Assembly: GCA_944383275.1 (NCBI GenBank)
Contig: CALWOV010000003.1
Span: 29,827 to 93,826 of the forward strand
DNA: 64,000 nt
Origin: an uncultured Clostridia bacterium
GTDB taxonomy: Bacteria; Bacillota; Clostridia; Christensenellales; UBA1242
Reading direction: 5' to 3'
A program made the translations under genes and the position numbers. Shown here piece after piece: positions 23,305 to 31,957 of the stretch (positions are counted from its first letter, which is position 1; each line of letters begins with the position of its first letter). The notes under the pieces were generated by a model. It worked only from the letters and a program-made list of their open reading frames with translations. It did not search any database and had not been told where the DNA came from.

Positions 23305-23340
23305 AATTGTTAACTAAATAATTTAAAAATAAAAAATTAA

Positions 23341-23380
23341 AAGAATAAAAGTTGGTTTCAATTTTTATTCTTTTTTATTA
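23341..23380 (+). terminator. Rho-independent terminator after tmcAL
   Basis: AAGAATAAAA / TTTTATTCTT 10-bp stem followed by TTTTATTA. Confidence 0.6.
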
Positions 23381-23680
23381 AAAATATATTTTATTATTAA
23401 AATTTTAGTGTTTTATATGATTTTTTAGAAAAAAATATCTTGTATTATGATATTAATAAAAATAGTTGAACTGATTATTAATGTTTATTTTTATATAATT
23501 TTTCTATAAAATTAATTATTAAGCGCTTTAATTATAGAAAGTTATATAAACAATATAGTTTATTTTTGTATTTTTTTATTTTTTGTAAGATTTAAATAAG
23601 TTTGCCCCAATTAGAATTTAGAGAAAACTTTATTTAATTGGTTAATAATTTTGATTTTAAAAAGTTTACAACTTAATAAC

Positions 23681-23832
23681 TATATTATCGGAAGTCGAAC
23701 CAAGCACAACTTTAGTTGTATTTGAGTGAGACTGATGTTTATTCAAACTGCGATGGCGGGCAAAGCACGCAAATTCGTTAGAATTTATTAAAATTTTATG
23801 TTAGTAAAATTTTAATATCACATAGTTTATAT
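23681..23832 (+). repeat. Non-coding module A, copy 1 (152 bp)
   Basis: Starts TATAT-TATCGGAAGT, has a long hairpin, the central box ACTGATGTTTATTCAAACTG and an AT hairpin, and ends ATATCACATAGTTTATAT. Matches 56550-56701 with 5 substitutions by hand alignment. Confidence 0.85.
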
Positions 23833-23990
23833 TATCGGAAGTTTTGTCTGAATGCATACGAAGCAAAGCGAGTGTATATTCAAGCAAAACTGATGTTAAT
23901 TCAAACAGTGTTGCCGTTGGAACAACGGGTTTGCGTTTAGCAAATTGGTTTGCGAACATCGTGAGCAAAACAACATCACATAGTTTATAT
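23828..23990 (+). repeat. Non-coding module B, copy 1 (163 bp)
   Basis: Same 5-prime, central and 3-prime boxes as module A but different internal hairpins. Matches 56392-56554 with 3 substitutions by hand alignment. Confidence 0.85.
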
Positions 23991-24075
23991 AATAAGAAGT
24001 TTTGTTTGTAAGCACCTATAAGCATTGGCAAGCAAATCTTGTTTATTTGTAATATAAAATGAAGATTTATATTGT
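23986..24075 (+). repeat. Degenerate short module (C), decayed relative of the 56148-56248 mini-module
   Basis: TATAT-AATAAGAAGTTTTGTTTG ... CAAGCAAATCTTGTTTATTTG ... GATTTATAT; boxes recognisable but eroded. Confidence 0.5.
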
Positions 24076-24244
24076 AGTTTTATTTTGCTTTAAATTAAAT
24101 AAATTTAAAAATTTACATTACATACTTGATACACTATGTAACTTAATTTAAACTATTATTAAAAAAGTATATTAAAATATAATATCAAGTATGTTAAGAA
24201 TAATAATTAGGTTTTGATATTTATAGTTTTTATAATTATATAGG

Positions 24245-24269
24245 TAATAAAAAAGCACACTAGGTGTGC
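24245..24269 (-). terminator. Rho-independent terminator after the U32 gene
   Basis: GCACAC-CTA-GTGTGC hairpin overlapping the stop codon, followed on the minus strand by TTTTTTATTAC. Confidence 0.55.
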
Positions 24270-25522
24270 ATTCTTCTTAATATATCTTTTGGGTTTAATT
24301 TATATGGAGTTTTAATTTTTACTAACTCTTGAACTTTTATTGCAGCCTGAACACTGTTGTTATTACTGTCTATAATTTCTTCAACTTTGAATGTTTTATT
24401 AAAGTTATCATCTGGTGATAGAACTTCTAGCACATCACCTACACTGAATTTATTTCGTTGTTCTACTGTTACATAGCCATCAGAATCAGTTTTTTTAACA
24501 ACATTAGCAATGAAGTCTGCACTGCTTACAGGCAAACTACTTTCTAAACTTTCAGTGTTTCCTTCTCCTAGACAAAACCCTGTTGTGAATTTTCTATGAC
24601 TGCTTTTTTCAAGTTCTTTTACCCATTTTAAATCTGGCTTAAAATTATCTGGGTCTTTTTGAAGCTGATTTAAAACACGCCTATATGCATTTACAACTGT
24701 TGCAACATAGTAGGGTGATTTCATTCTTCCTTCTATTTTAAAACTTGTAACACCTGCCTGTGCCATTTTATCAAGATGATTAATCATACACAAGTCTTTG
24801 CTGTTTAATATATATGTTCCCTTTTCATCTTCTTGAATTTCAAGTTCGTTATCTTTATCTCGAGAAACTTCTCGAACATAGTATTGCCATCGGCAAGCCT
24901 GAACACATTGCCCCCTGTTGCTGTCGCGATTGGCAAGATAGTTAGACAACAAACATCTTCCAGAATAACTGATACACATTGCACCGTGAACAAATGCTTC
25001 TAATTCTATTTCTTTGGGTAAGTAGTCGCGTATTTCGGCAATCTCTGATAAACTTAATTCTCGCGCTAAAATTATTCTTTTAGCACCAGCATCTGCCCAA
25101 AATTTTGCAGCATATTTATTTGACGCACAGGCTTGGGTTGATAGATGAACAGGTAGATTAGGCACAACCTGTTTTGCAAGGCTTAAAATTCCTGCATCAG
25201 AAACAATAATTGCATCTGCGCCAATAGAATATAAAAATTTTAAATAATCTTCAAGACCAATAAAATCTGAATTATGTGCTTGAATGTTAACTGTTATATA
25301 TGCTTTTTTATTTAAAGAATGAGCATAATTAATATATTGTTTTAATTCATCATCTTCAAAATTATCAGAAAAAGCACGAAGTCCCCACTTTTTACCAGCA
25401 AAATAGCAAGCATCAGCACCAAAATAAAATGCTGTTTCTAATTTTTCTTTGTCACCTGCTGGTGCTAATAGTTCAAGTTCCATATTATCCCCTTTCGTTC
25501 CACTGCACAACACAAAGCCCAT
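24260..25522 (-). CDS. Peptidase U32 family protein (TrhP/YrrN-YrrO-like, tRNA ho5U synthesis)
   Basis: U32 N-terminus (ELLAPAG...), 407-420 aa, paired with an upstream O-methyltransferase as in Bacillus yrrM-yrrN-yrrO. Probable start is the ATG at 25483, preceded by AAAGGGGA. Confidence 0.7.
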   Translation of the reverse strand: MGFVLCSGTKGDNMELELLAPAGDKEKLETAFYFGADACYFAGKKWGLRAFSDNFEDDELKQYINYAHSLNKKAYITVNIQAHNSDFIGLEDYLKFLYSIGADAIIVSDAGILSLAKQVVPNLPVHLSTQACASNKYAAKFWADAGAKRIILARELSLSEIAEIRDYLPKEIELEAFVHGAMCISYSGRCLLSNYLANRDSNRGQCVQACRWQYYVREVSRDKDNELEIQEDEKGTYILNSKDLCMINHLDKMAQAGVTSFKIEGRMKSPYYVATVVNAYRRVLNQLQKDPDNFKPDLKWVKELEKSSHRKFTTGFCLGEGNTESLESSLPVSSADFIANVVKKTDSDGYVTVEQRNKFSVGDVLEVLSPDDNFNKTFKVEEIIDSNNNSVQAAIKVQELVKIKTPYKLNPKDILRRMHT

Positions 25523-26081
25523 CGCCTATGTGTTTGATTTCTGATTGTATTTCTTTTTTTGATTTTACATAATTTATAAAATCTTTTAAATGTTCAACTG
25601 TATTAAAAAATCTGTTTTCGGTTATTTCTTTATTGTCTAAAACCATACCCCTGAAAAGAACATTATCTGCCACCAATACACCATTTTTATTAAGATGTGG
25701 TAAAAGTAAATCAAAGATTTCTTTATATTTAGCTTTGGGGCCATCTAAAAAAATCAAGTCAAATTTTTCATCTTTATAATCGGGTAAAGTTTTTAAGCAA
25801 TCTCCAACAACAATTTTAACTCTGTTTGTTAATTTTAATTTTTCAAAATTTTGTTTTGCTATTTCTATATTTGGTAAACTTGCTTCAAAACAAACAATAT
25901 TTGCATTGCAAGATTTTAGCATACAAGATGCTGAATAACCTATTGCCATACCCACTTCTAAAATGCGTTTTGGTTGCAATTTTGCGCACAAATCTTCTAA
26001 AAACTTTCTTGTATCATCTAATATAACCGGTATATTATTTTCTCGTGCATAACGCCTAATGCTATCAAGTATTTGTTGCAA
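25485..26081 (-). CDS. Class I SAM-dependent O-methyltransferase (TrmR/YrrM-like)
   Basis: 198 aa with the SAM-binding fold pattern ILEVGMAIGYS ... DLIFLDGPK; adjacent to the U32 peptidase. Confidence 0.65.
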   Translation of the reverse strand: MQQILDSIRRYARENNIPVILDDTRKFLEDLCAKLQPKRILEVGMAIGYSASCMLKSCNANIVCFEASLPNIEIAKQNFEKLKLTNRVKIVVGDCLKTLPDYKDEKFDLIFLDGPKAKYKEIFDLLLPHLNKNGVLVADNVLFRGMVLDNKEITENRFFNTVEHLKDFINYVKSKKEIQSEIKHIGDGLCVVQWNERG

Positions 26082-26090
26082 AACAGCCCC

Positions 26091-27950
26091 CTATATTTCC
26101 ATTATCATTGGTATTATCATAGGTTTGCGTTTAGTCTTTTTAAAGAATAAGTTTGTTAATGTTCTTTTAATTATGTTTTTCATTTCTGAAATTTCAATTT
26201 TTGCTTCATTAGAAGTTTGCAATGCATTTAAAACAACTTCTTTTGCTTCTTTTATTAAATCACCATATTCACTTGGATAAATAAAACCACGAGAAACAAT
26301 TTCTGGACTTCCCATAACTGTTCCTAACTTTTTATTAACATTTAGAACTACAACACAAATTCCATCTTCGGCAAGTTGTAATCTGTCTTTAAACACTCCA
26401 TTTTCAACATCGCAAACTGTTTTTCCGTCAACAATTTTAACACCAGCCTGAACACTGTTTATTTCTTTTATAGAATTTTTGTTAACTTCTACAACTGTTC
26501 CAACAGTTGGAACAATTATGTTTTGAGGTTTAACGCCCATTTTCTCTGCAAATTTTGCGTGATATTTTAAGTGTTTAACTTCTCCGTGAACAGGAATAAA
26601 GAATTTAGGTTTAATTAATTTATGCACAACCATAAATTCAGTTTGACAAGCGTGCCCTGAAGCGTGAACATCACTTAAATCATCATAAATAACATTTGCA
26701 CCTTTAAGCATAAGTTCGTTTATTATATTTGTAACAGATTTTTCGTTTCCTGGCACTGGTGAAGATGAGAAAATAATTGTATCATTTGGCCCAATTTCTA
26801 TGCCAATGCTTGCAAACTCATCATTAGCCATTCTATCTAATGCTGTGTGTTCTTGCCCCTGGCTTCCTGTTGCTAAAATTAAAATTTCTTTATCTGGGAA
26901 TTTTTGAACTTTTTCTAAATCAATAATTTGTTTGTGGTCGAATTTAATTTCACCTATTTTCATTGCCACTTCCATATTATTAATCATACTTCTTCCAGAA
27001 AAAGCAACTTTTCGGTTATATTTCTTTGCAAGGTCTATAATTTGCTGAACGCGATGAACATTTGATGCAAAAGAAGTTATAACAATTCTATTATCTTTGC
27101 ACTCATCAAAAATTTTATCTAGGGTTTCACCAACCACACTTTCGCTTAAAGAAACACCTGGTCGTTCTATGTTTGTGCTTTCGCAAAGCATAAGCAAAAC
27201 ACCTTTTCTGCCCAATTCTCCCATTCTGGCAAGGTCAGTTGTTTCGCCTGCTATTGGTGTGAAATCTATTTTAAAGTCGCCTGAAACAAAAACTACTCCA
27301 ACAGGTGTTGTTATTGCCAATGCATATGCACCAGCAATAGAGTGGTTTACATGAATAAATTCCACGGTAAAGCAACCAATTCTTACTACATGCCCTGGAT
27401 TTACAGGAACGCCCTTCATTTTAATTTTAGGAAATTCACGAAGTTTATTGTCTATTAATGCTAAACTTAACTTGCTTGCATAAACAGGAACTTTAACATC
27501 ATCTAAAAAATATGGCAAACTTCCTATATGGTCTTCGTGTGCGTGTGTGATACAAATACCTTTTATTAATTCTTTATGTTCTTTTAGCCAAGTCATATCA
27601 GGTATAACAAGGTCAACGCCCGGCATATCAGCCTCAGCAAAGCCAACACCACAATCTATAACTAATATGTCGTTACCATATCTTAGTGCTGTGATATTGT
27701 CTCCAATTTTACCAACGCCCCCAAAAAACATAACTTGAAGTTTGTTTTTGCTGAACTTTGGATTATGGTTTACAAATTGCCTTTTGTGCATTGTTCGATT
27801 TTGTTCATTGTTTTGAAAATTATTATTGTTTACATTTTGATTATTATTTGTGTTCTGATTTCTTGCAAAAATTCTTTTTCTTATTCTTGGCATATCAGAA
27901 ACATTGCCCTTGCTCTCCACAGGGCTTTCTTGTGTAATTTCGTTATTCAA
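26091..27950 (-). CDS. rnj: Ribonuclease J
   Basis: Metallo-beta-lactamase/beta-CASP motifs (HAHEDHIG, SGHA), 619 aa; N-terminal N/Q-rich extension of about 65 aa. Confidence 0.9.
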   Translation of the reverse strand: MNNEITQESPVESKGNVSDMPRIRKRIFARNQNTNNNQNVNNNNFQNNEQNRTMHKRQFVNHNPKFSKNKLQVMFFGGVGKIGDNITALRYGNDILVIDCGVGFAEADMPGVDLVIPDMTWLKEHKELIKGICITHAHEDHIGSLPYFLDDVKVPVYASKLSLALIDNKLREFPKIKMKGVPVNPGHVVRIGCFTVEFIHVNHSIAGAYALAITTPVGVVFVSGDFKIDFTPIAGETTDLARMGELGRKGVLLMLCESTNIERPGVSLSESVVGETLDKIFDECKDNRIVITSFASNVHRVQQIIDLAKKYNRKVAFSGRSMINNMEVAMKIGEIKFDHKQIIDLEKVQKFPDKEILILATGSQGQEHTALDRMANDEFASIGIEIGPNDTIIFSSSPVPGNEKSVTNIINELMLKGANVIYDDLSDVHASGHACQTEFMVVHKLIKPKFFIPVHGEVKHLKYHAKFAEKMGVKPQNIIVPTVGTVVEVNKNSIKEINSVQAGVKIVDGKTVCDVENGVFKDRLQLAEDGICVVVLNVNKKLGTVMGSPEIVSRGFIYPSEYGDLIKEAKEVVLNALQTSNEAKIEISEMKNIIKRTLTNLFFKKTKRKPMIIPMIMEI

Positions 27951-28014
27951 TTTTATTCTCCTTTTATAAAAATTTTTATATTAAAACACATAATAGAAAT
28001 TTCTATTAAGTTTA

Positions 28015-28965
28015 TTAAACTATAAATTTAACTGTATTTAAACTTTCTTGTTCTTCAACCTTTTTAGGTGTAACAATGTTCTCACGGTCAATATAATAAC
28101 GCAAACCATTAAGTTGAAAATATAATACATTATTTACGATGCATGAATATAAAATGCTTGCTGGAATTGTAAATAAACAACCAACACCACAAGTTAAAAT
28201 TAATACACCAACATTAATAACAAATAAAATTACTATTATTGCAAGTTGAGATAACCAAACTGTTTTGAATTTTTTAAATATAGATTTAAAGTTATCTTTT
28301 AATGCTTTAAAAATGCTTTGATTTTTAACAACAACTGCTGGCGCCCAACAACAGAAAAATGCATATCTAAAACTTAATAATAAAATAAGACCTGTAAGCA
28401 AAATTATTGGCCCAAGATAATTCATTATGCCACCTATTGACAACAACCTGAAAGAAAAAATTAAGCCTGTTATTATTAAAAGGTCTAGTATCATAACAGT
28501 TGCCATTTTGCTTAATGCATATTTCACAGAGCGTCCTAAGTTACTGATTAAGCAACCTGTGAAACTTAATTTTGCGCAACTTCCCATAAAACCATACATA
28601 CATTCTGTTATTGCAATATCTGCAAGTGAAAACAAAAACGTTCCACCAAAAACTATGATTACAAATAAAACAATAACCAAAGGTAATAATGTTGACAAAT
28701 CTGCACTAATTATTTCAAAAAATTGATTAATTAAAACAGAAACATTGGTCATAAGTAAATCTATTCTTACATTGAACACATTATCTACAAAAAATTGTGC
28801 AACACGGTCAAAAAAGCCTGTTTGAACCAAACTTTCTATAAGATTATAGCAACAAGCAAGCGAAATTCCTGCCAAAACTATAACGCAAACTAATTGGTAA
28901 AGCAAAACTTTCCAAACCAAGTTAAATCGATTTACAAACAACTTAAAACTGTTGTCAATACTCAT
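28015..28965 (-). CDS. Polytopic membrane protein, unknown function
   Basis: 316 aa with 6 or more long hydrophobic segments; no catalytic motif recognised. Confidence 0.5.
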   Translation of the reverse strand: MSIDNSFKLFVNRFNLVWKVLLYQLVCVIVLAGISLACCYNLIESLVQTGFFDRVAQFFVDNVFNVRIDLLMTNVSVLINQFFEIISADLSTLLPLVIVLFVIIVFGGTFLFSLADIAITECMYGFMGSCAKLSFTGCLISNLGRSVKYALSKMATVMILDLLIITGLIFSFRLLSIGGIMNYLGPIILLTGLILLLSFRYAFFCCWAPAVVVKNQSIFKALKDNFKSIFKKFKTVWLSQLAIIVILFVINVGVLILTCGVGCLFTIPASILYSCIVNNVLYFQLNGLRYYIDRENIVTPKKVEEQESLNTVKFIV

Positions 28966-28974
28966 AGTTTTCCC

Positions 28975-29793
28975 CTATCGAAGATTATAATATGGTCTTG
29001 TATCATAGCGAGTAATATCGTAATGTTCAAAAATTTTTGTTACTGCAAAAATGCACACATAAGGAATTATAAACAATAGCGAAATTGTGTTAAACAAAAA
29101 TTCTAATTTTAACAAACACCCCAATATTGCAAATACAACGCCAACTAAAATAGGTATTAAAATTCCTAAAAAGTTTTTAAATGATTTTTTGTGAAGTGCT
29201 GTGCTTGCGTTACTTAATGCCACGCTGAATGGTGAGCCCATTATTGCCATATCTACACAAGTAACCGACAAAATTGCAAGAACCCACGCAAATGCAAGAT
29301 ATACAAGTAATGTTATTATTGCACAAGCAACAAGCCCAACGACCCAAGAAATTTCATTTATAACAACAATAAAATGTGCAAGCAACATTAAAAGCACGCC
29401 AACAAGCATAAGCAGAAAATAAGATATAAAAATAAGAGCAGATATTAAAAGCACACTTAAAAAGTTGTTATTAAGTTCAGTGGTTTTTAATGAATAACTA
29501 AACTTGCCTGTTCTAAAATGTGATTCAATCTTACCTAAAATAAGACTTACAAACGCGGTGCAAACAAAAATTCCAACAATGAAAAACAACAATGTTAGCC
29601 AATCTATTGCAAACACGGCATTAAAAAAGTCAGCAAATCCATTAATTTCAAGAGTGTTATAGTTCCATAGAAAATTTATAGATTGAAATGGGTTTAACAA
29701 AACCCCAATATATATTGCAGGAATTAATGCAAAAATTAGCATTGGAATTATGTTTTTAAAATAATATAAAAAAGTTGATTTAACAAATTCCAT
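28975..29793 (-). CDS. Polytopic membrane protein, unknown function
   Basis: 272 aa with 6 or more hydrophobic segments; its short polar C-terminal tail resembles that of the neighbouring gene. Confidence 0.5.
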   Translation of the reverse strand: MEFVKSTFLYYFKNIIPMLIFALIPAIYIGVLLNPFQSINFLWNYNTLEINGFADFFNAVFAIDWLTLLFFIVGIFVCTAFVSLILGKIESHFRTGKFSYSLKTTELNNNFLSVLLISALIFISYFLLMLVGVLLMLLAHFIVVINEISWVVGLVACAIITLLVYLAFAWVLAILSVTCVDMAIMGSPFSVALSNASTALHKKSFKNFLGILIPILVGVVFAILGCLLKLEFLFNTISLLFIIPYVCIFAVTKIFEHYDITRYDTRPYYNLR

Positions 29794-29826
29794 AATTTTT
29801 ACACCACACCTTAAAATATTTGTTTT

Positions 29827-29855
29827 AAATTAAAAGTTTGACGAACACTCGTCAA
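29827..29855 (-). promoter_or_regulatory. Candidate promoter with palindromic operator
   Basis: Perfect palindrome TTGACGA-ACAC-TCGTCAA (29838-29855). On the minus strand TTGACG acts as a -35, followed by a 17-nt spacer and a weak -10 TAATTT, upstream of the 29793 start. Confidence 0.35.
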
Positions 29856-30010
29856 TAATTATAAACAAAAAAATTGCTTAACTTTTCTTATATATTATTA
29901 TATAGAATAAACAAAACAAAATCAAATATTTTAAAGTAAATTTATAAATATTTTATTATTTTTTAACCACTGTTAAATTTATGTTAGCACAAAACTTTAT
30001 TTTTGTCAAC

Positions 30011-30042
30011 ATAAAATAAAAAAGGAACCATATGTGGTTCCC
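30011..30042 (-). terminator. Rho-independent terminator
   Basis: GGAACCACATATGGTTCC hairpin followed on the minus strand by TTTTTTATTTTAT, about 20 bp after the stop at 30063. Confidence 0.7.
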
Positions 30043-30062
30043 ATTTTAATTTAATATGTTAG

Positions 30063-30866
30063 TTATTCAAAGTTTATTTGTGCTTTTTCTATATTATTTA
30101 ATTCATTGTTTTTATCGACAAAAACATCGTTTTGCTGGCAATTTTCTGCCTGCTTGTCAAAATTAACTAAACCATTTTCTGCAATAATACTGTTATTTTC
30201 TTCATTTGAATTTACAATGGTTTCAGTTATATAATTTTGATTTTCATTATTATTAATGCTCATAGAATAATCATTACTGTTTGCATTTTCTAATGAATTA
30301 TCATTTATAACTGTTTCAGTTAAACATTCAGAGTTCGTATTTACCTGACTTTGTTGTGCGTCATTAAATTCTTTAATTTCAGTTGTTAAGTTTTCTGTAT
30401 CTTTTTCAGCATTTTGATTTATATCGGTTATATTATCATTGTTTTCTAAATTTATATTTTCATTAGTAAAGTTGCTGTTTATTTCGTTTTCAACCATAAT
30501 ATTTTCTTCACTATTTTGGTTAATTTCATTGTATAAATTTATTTCAGCATTTTGCTCTGCACTGTTATTAACTATTGTATTTTCTGAATTGATAATGTTT
30601 TCAGTTTCACTTATATTGATATTTTCCATTTCTTCCTCACTTTTAATATTTTGATTTTCATTATTATTTTGCGTGGCATTAGGATATGTTAATATTCCAA
30701 GAACAACAAATATACCTAATACTGCATTAATAATTGACATATAAATTTCTTCATTTATATTAAGCCCTAAAGGTTTACCTATGGCTTGAACAAGCAAAAA
30801 GATGGCACTTGCAAGTGATAGCCAAAAACTGTAACTTTTCTTTTGTTCATTAAAATTAAACTTCAA
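30063..30866 (-). CDS. Membrane-anchored N/E-rich low-complexity protein
   Basis: Two N-terminal hydrophobic helices followed by about 190 aa of Asn/Glu/Ile-rich low-complexity sequence. Confidence 0.45.
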   Translation of the reverse strand: MKFNFNEQKKSYSFWLSLASAIFLLVQAIGKPLGLNINEEIYMSIINAVLGIFVVLGILTYPNATQNNNENQNIKSEEEMENINISETENIINSENTIVNNSAEQNAEINLYNEINQNSEENIMVENEINSNFTNENINLENNDNITDINQNAEKDTENLTTEIKEFNDAQQSQVNTNSECLTETVINDNSLENANSNDYSMSINNNENQNYITETIVNSNEENNSIIAENGLVNFDKQAENCQQNDVFVDKNNELNNIEKAQINFE

Positions 30867-31071
30867 AGCCTACACCTCCTTATTTAATTTAAAATTTACT
30901 TTTTATATTTTTATAAATAACACTTAAAAATTAAAATTTATTAAAACTTCTTTATTTTTATTTAACAAAATTAATATATTGATGATTTTAATCTGCTATT
31001 AAACTTTATAAAAGTAATAATAAAAATTTTTAAACATAAATAAAACAGATAAAAAATTACTAAAAGCAATT

Positions 31072-31884
31072 TTATTTTCGTGTATTGTTCCAAGTTAAAA
31101 CATTGTTATACCAAGGTGTTCCGATTGTATCAATTAATTCTTGTTTACCACTGCTTAAAATAGACGCTGCTTCTGACTTGCTTTTTTGTGCTAAATAATT
31201 AATTAAAGTTACTGCCTTATGTTGTTGAACTTGGCTGTTTATGTTTGATAGTTCGTTGTTGATACTTTCATATGTATAAGCATTTGAATTGCTTTGTTCC
31301 ATTTCTTTTGTCAAACTTGCTATTTCATCGTTTAATTTTTTAGCATAAGCAATATCAAAATTTTCAAGAGCATTTTCTTTTTGTGTTTCAAGCAATTCTT
31401 TTTGGAATTGTAAAGAACTCATTTTTATATTATTTTCTTCTTGCAAATCTTGTAATTCAGATTGATAAGTTGAATTAATTTTGTTTAAAGTGTTATCAAA
31501 AATACTTGAATTTCTCCACCCTTTTTCAATAGAACCATAGTTTAAACTGTTTGTTGCATTAAGTTTTTCTGCATCTAAATCTTCGACATCGTCTTGATAG
31601 TCTTTTTGTGCTGTAGCAATTTTTTCATCTAATTTAACTTGTTTTTCGCCATATTTAGCTTCAATAGATTCAATATTGCTTGTTTTATATTGATTTAAAT
31701 TTTGTTCGGCTTGTGCTTTTATGTTGCTTGCTTGAGTGTCTAACTCGTTCTTTTTTGTTAACCATTCGTTAATTCTTGACTCATACATTTTGTCTATATT
31801 ATTAAATTCTTTTTGAATTTCAGAATTTATTGTAAGTTTAGGTAAAGAAGATGCTGAAACTGTTTTTTCAAATTTTTGTGCCAT
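31072..31884 (-). CDS. Coiled-coil structural protein (phage-like), unknown role
   Basis: Last gene of the cluster. The start at 31884 (MAQKFEK) is preferred because GGAGGTG lies 7 nt upstream; the longer ORF to 31980 overlaps the previous gene. Confidence 0.4.
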   Translation of the reverse strand: MAQKFEKTVSASSLPKLTINSEIQKEFNNIDKMYESRINEWLTKKNELDTQASNIKAQAEQNLNQYKTSNIESIEAKYGEKQVKLDEKIATAQKDYQDDVEDLDAEKLNATNSLNYGSIEKGWRNSSIFDNTLNKINSTYQSELQDLQEENNIKMSSLQFQKELLETQKENALENFDIAYAKKLNDEIASLTKEMEQSNSNAYTYESINNELSNINSQVQQHKAVTLINYLAQKSKSEAASILSSGKQELIDTIGTPWYNNVLTWNNTRK

Positions 31885-31957
31885 ATAAGCACCTCCATTT
31901 ATATAATAATTTTTATCATTTATTTGATTAATTAAAAATTTAACATAGTTTTGAGAA

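Noticed and set aside
23691-23706. tRNA-like T-arm (GGTTCGACTTCC on the minus strand of module A)
   Set aside because: The flanking bases cannot form the 5-bp T-stem, and no acceptor or anticodon arms are present. I found no tRNA or rRNA gene anywhere in the window.
23740-23760. Hammerhead or other known self-cleaving ribozyme in the central box (contains CTGATG)
   Set aside because: The box reads CUGAUGU, not CUGAnGA, and no appropriately placed GAAA and helix III could be found on either strand. I also could not match remembered pistol or twister cores. It remains an unknown structure.
23815-24000. CRISPR array interpretation (28-nt repeats at regular intervals)
   Set aside because: The intervals between repeats are about 124-135 bp and are themselves repeated at another locus. 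There are only 2-3 repeats per locus, no cas genes in the window, and the repeat is not CRISPR-like.
23801-24031. 76-aa minus-strand ORF running through modules C, B and A
   Set aside because: The frame is not conserved. In the near-identical copy B2 the A-to-T change at the 3-prime box turns TGT into TGA in this frame, and no ORF of 60 aa or more is listed there. There is no RBS. The sequence is better explained as non-coding repeat.
23681-24075. This locus being the true chromosomal dif / replication terminus
   Set aside because: Gene orientation stays predominantly on the minus strand on both sides, with no strand-bias switch. Similar sites also occur at two further loci 32-39 kb away. 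A genuine dif should be single-copy at the terminus.
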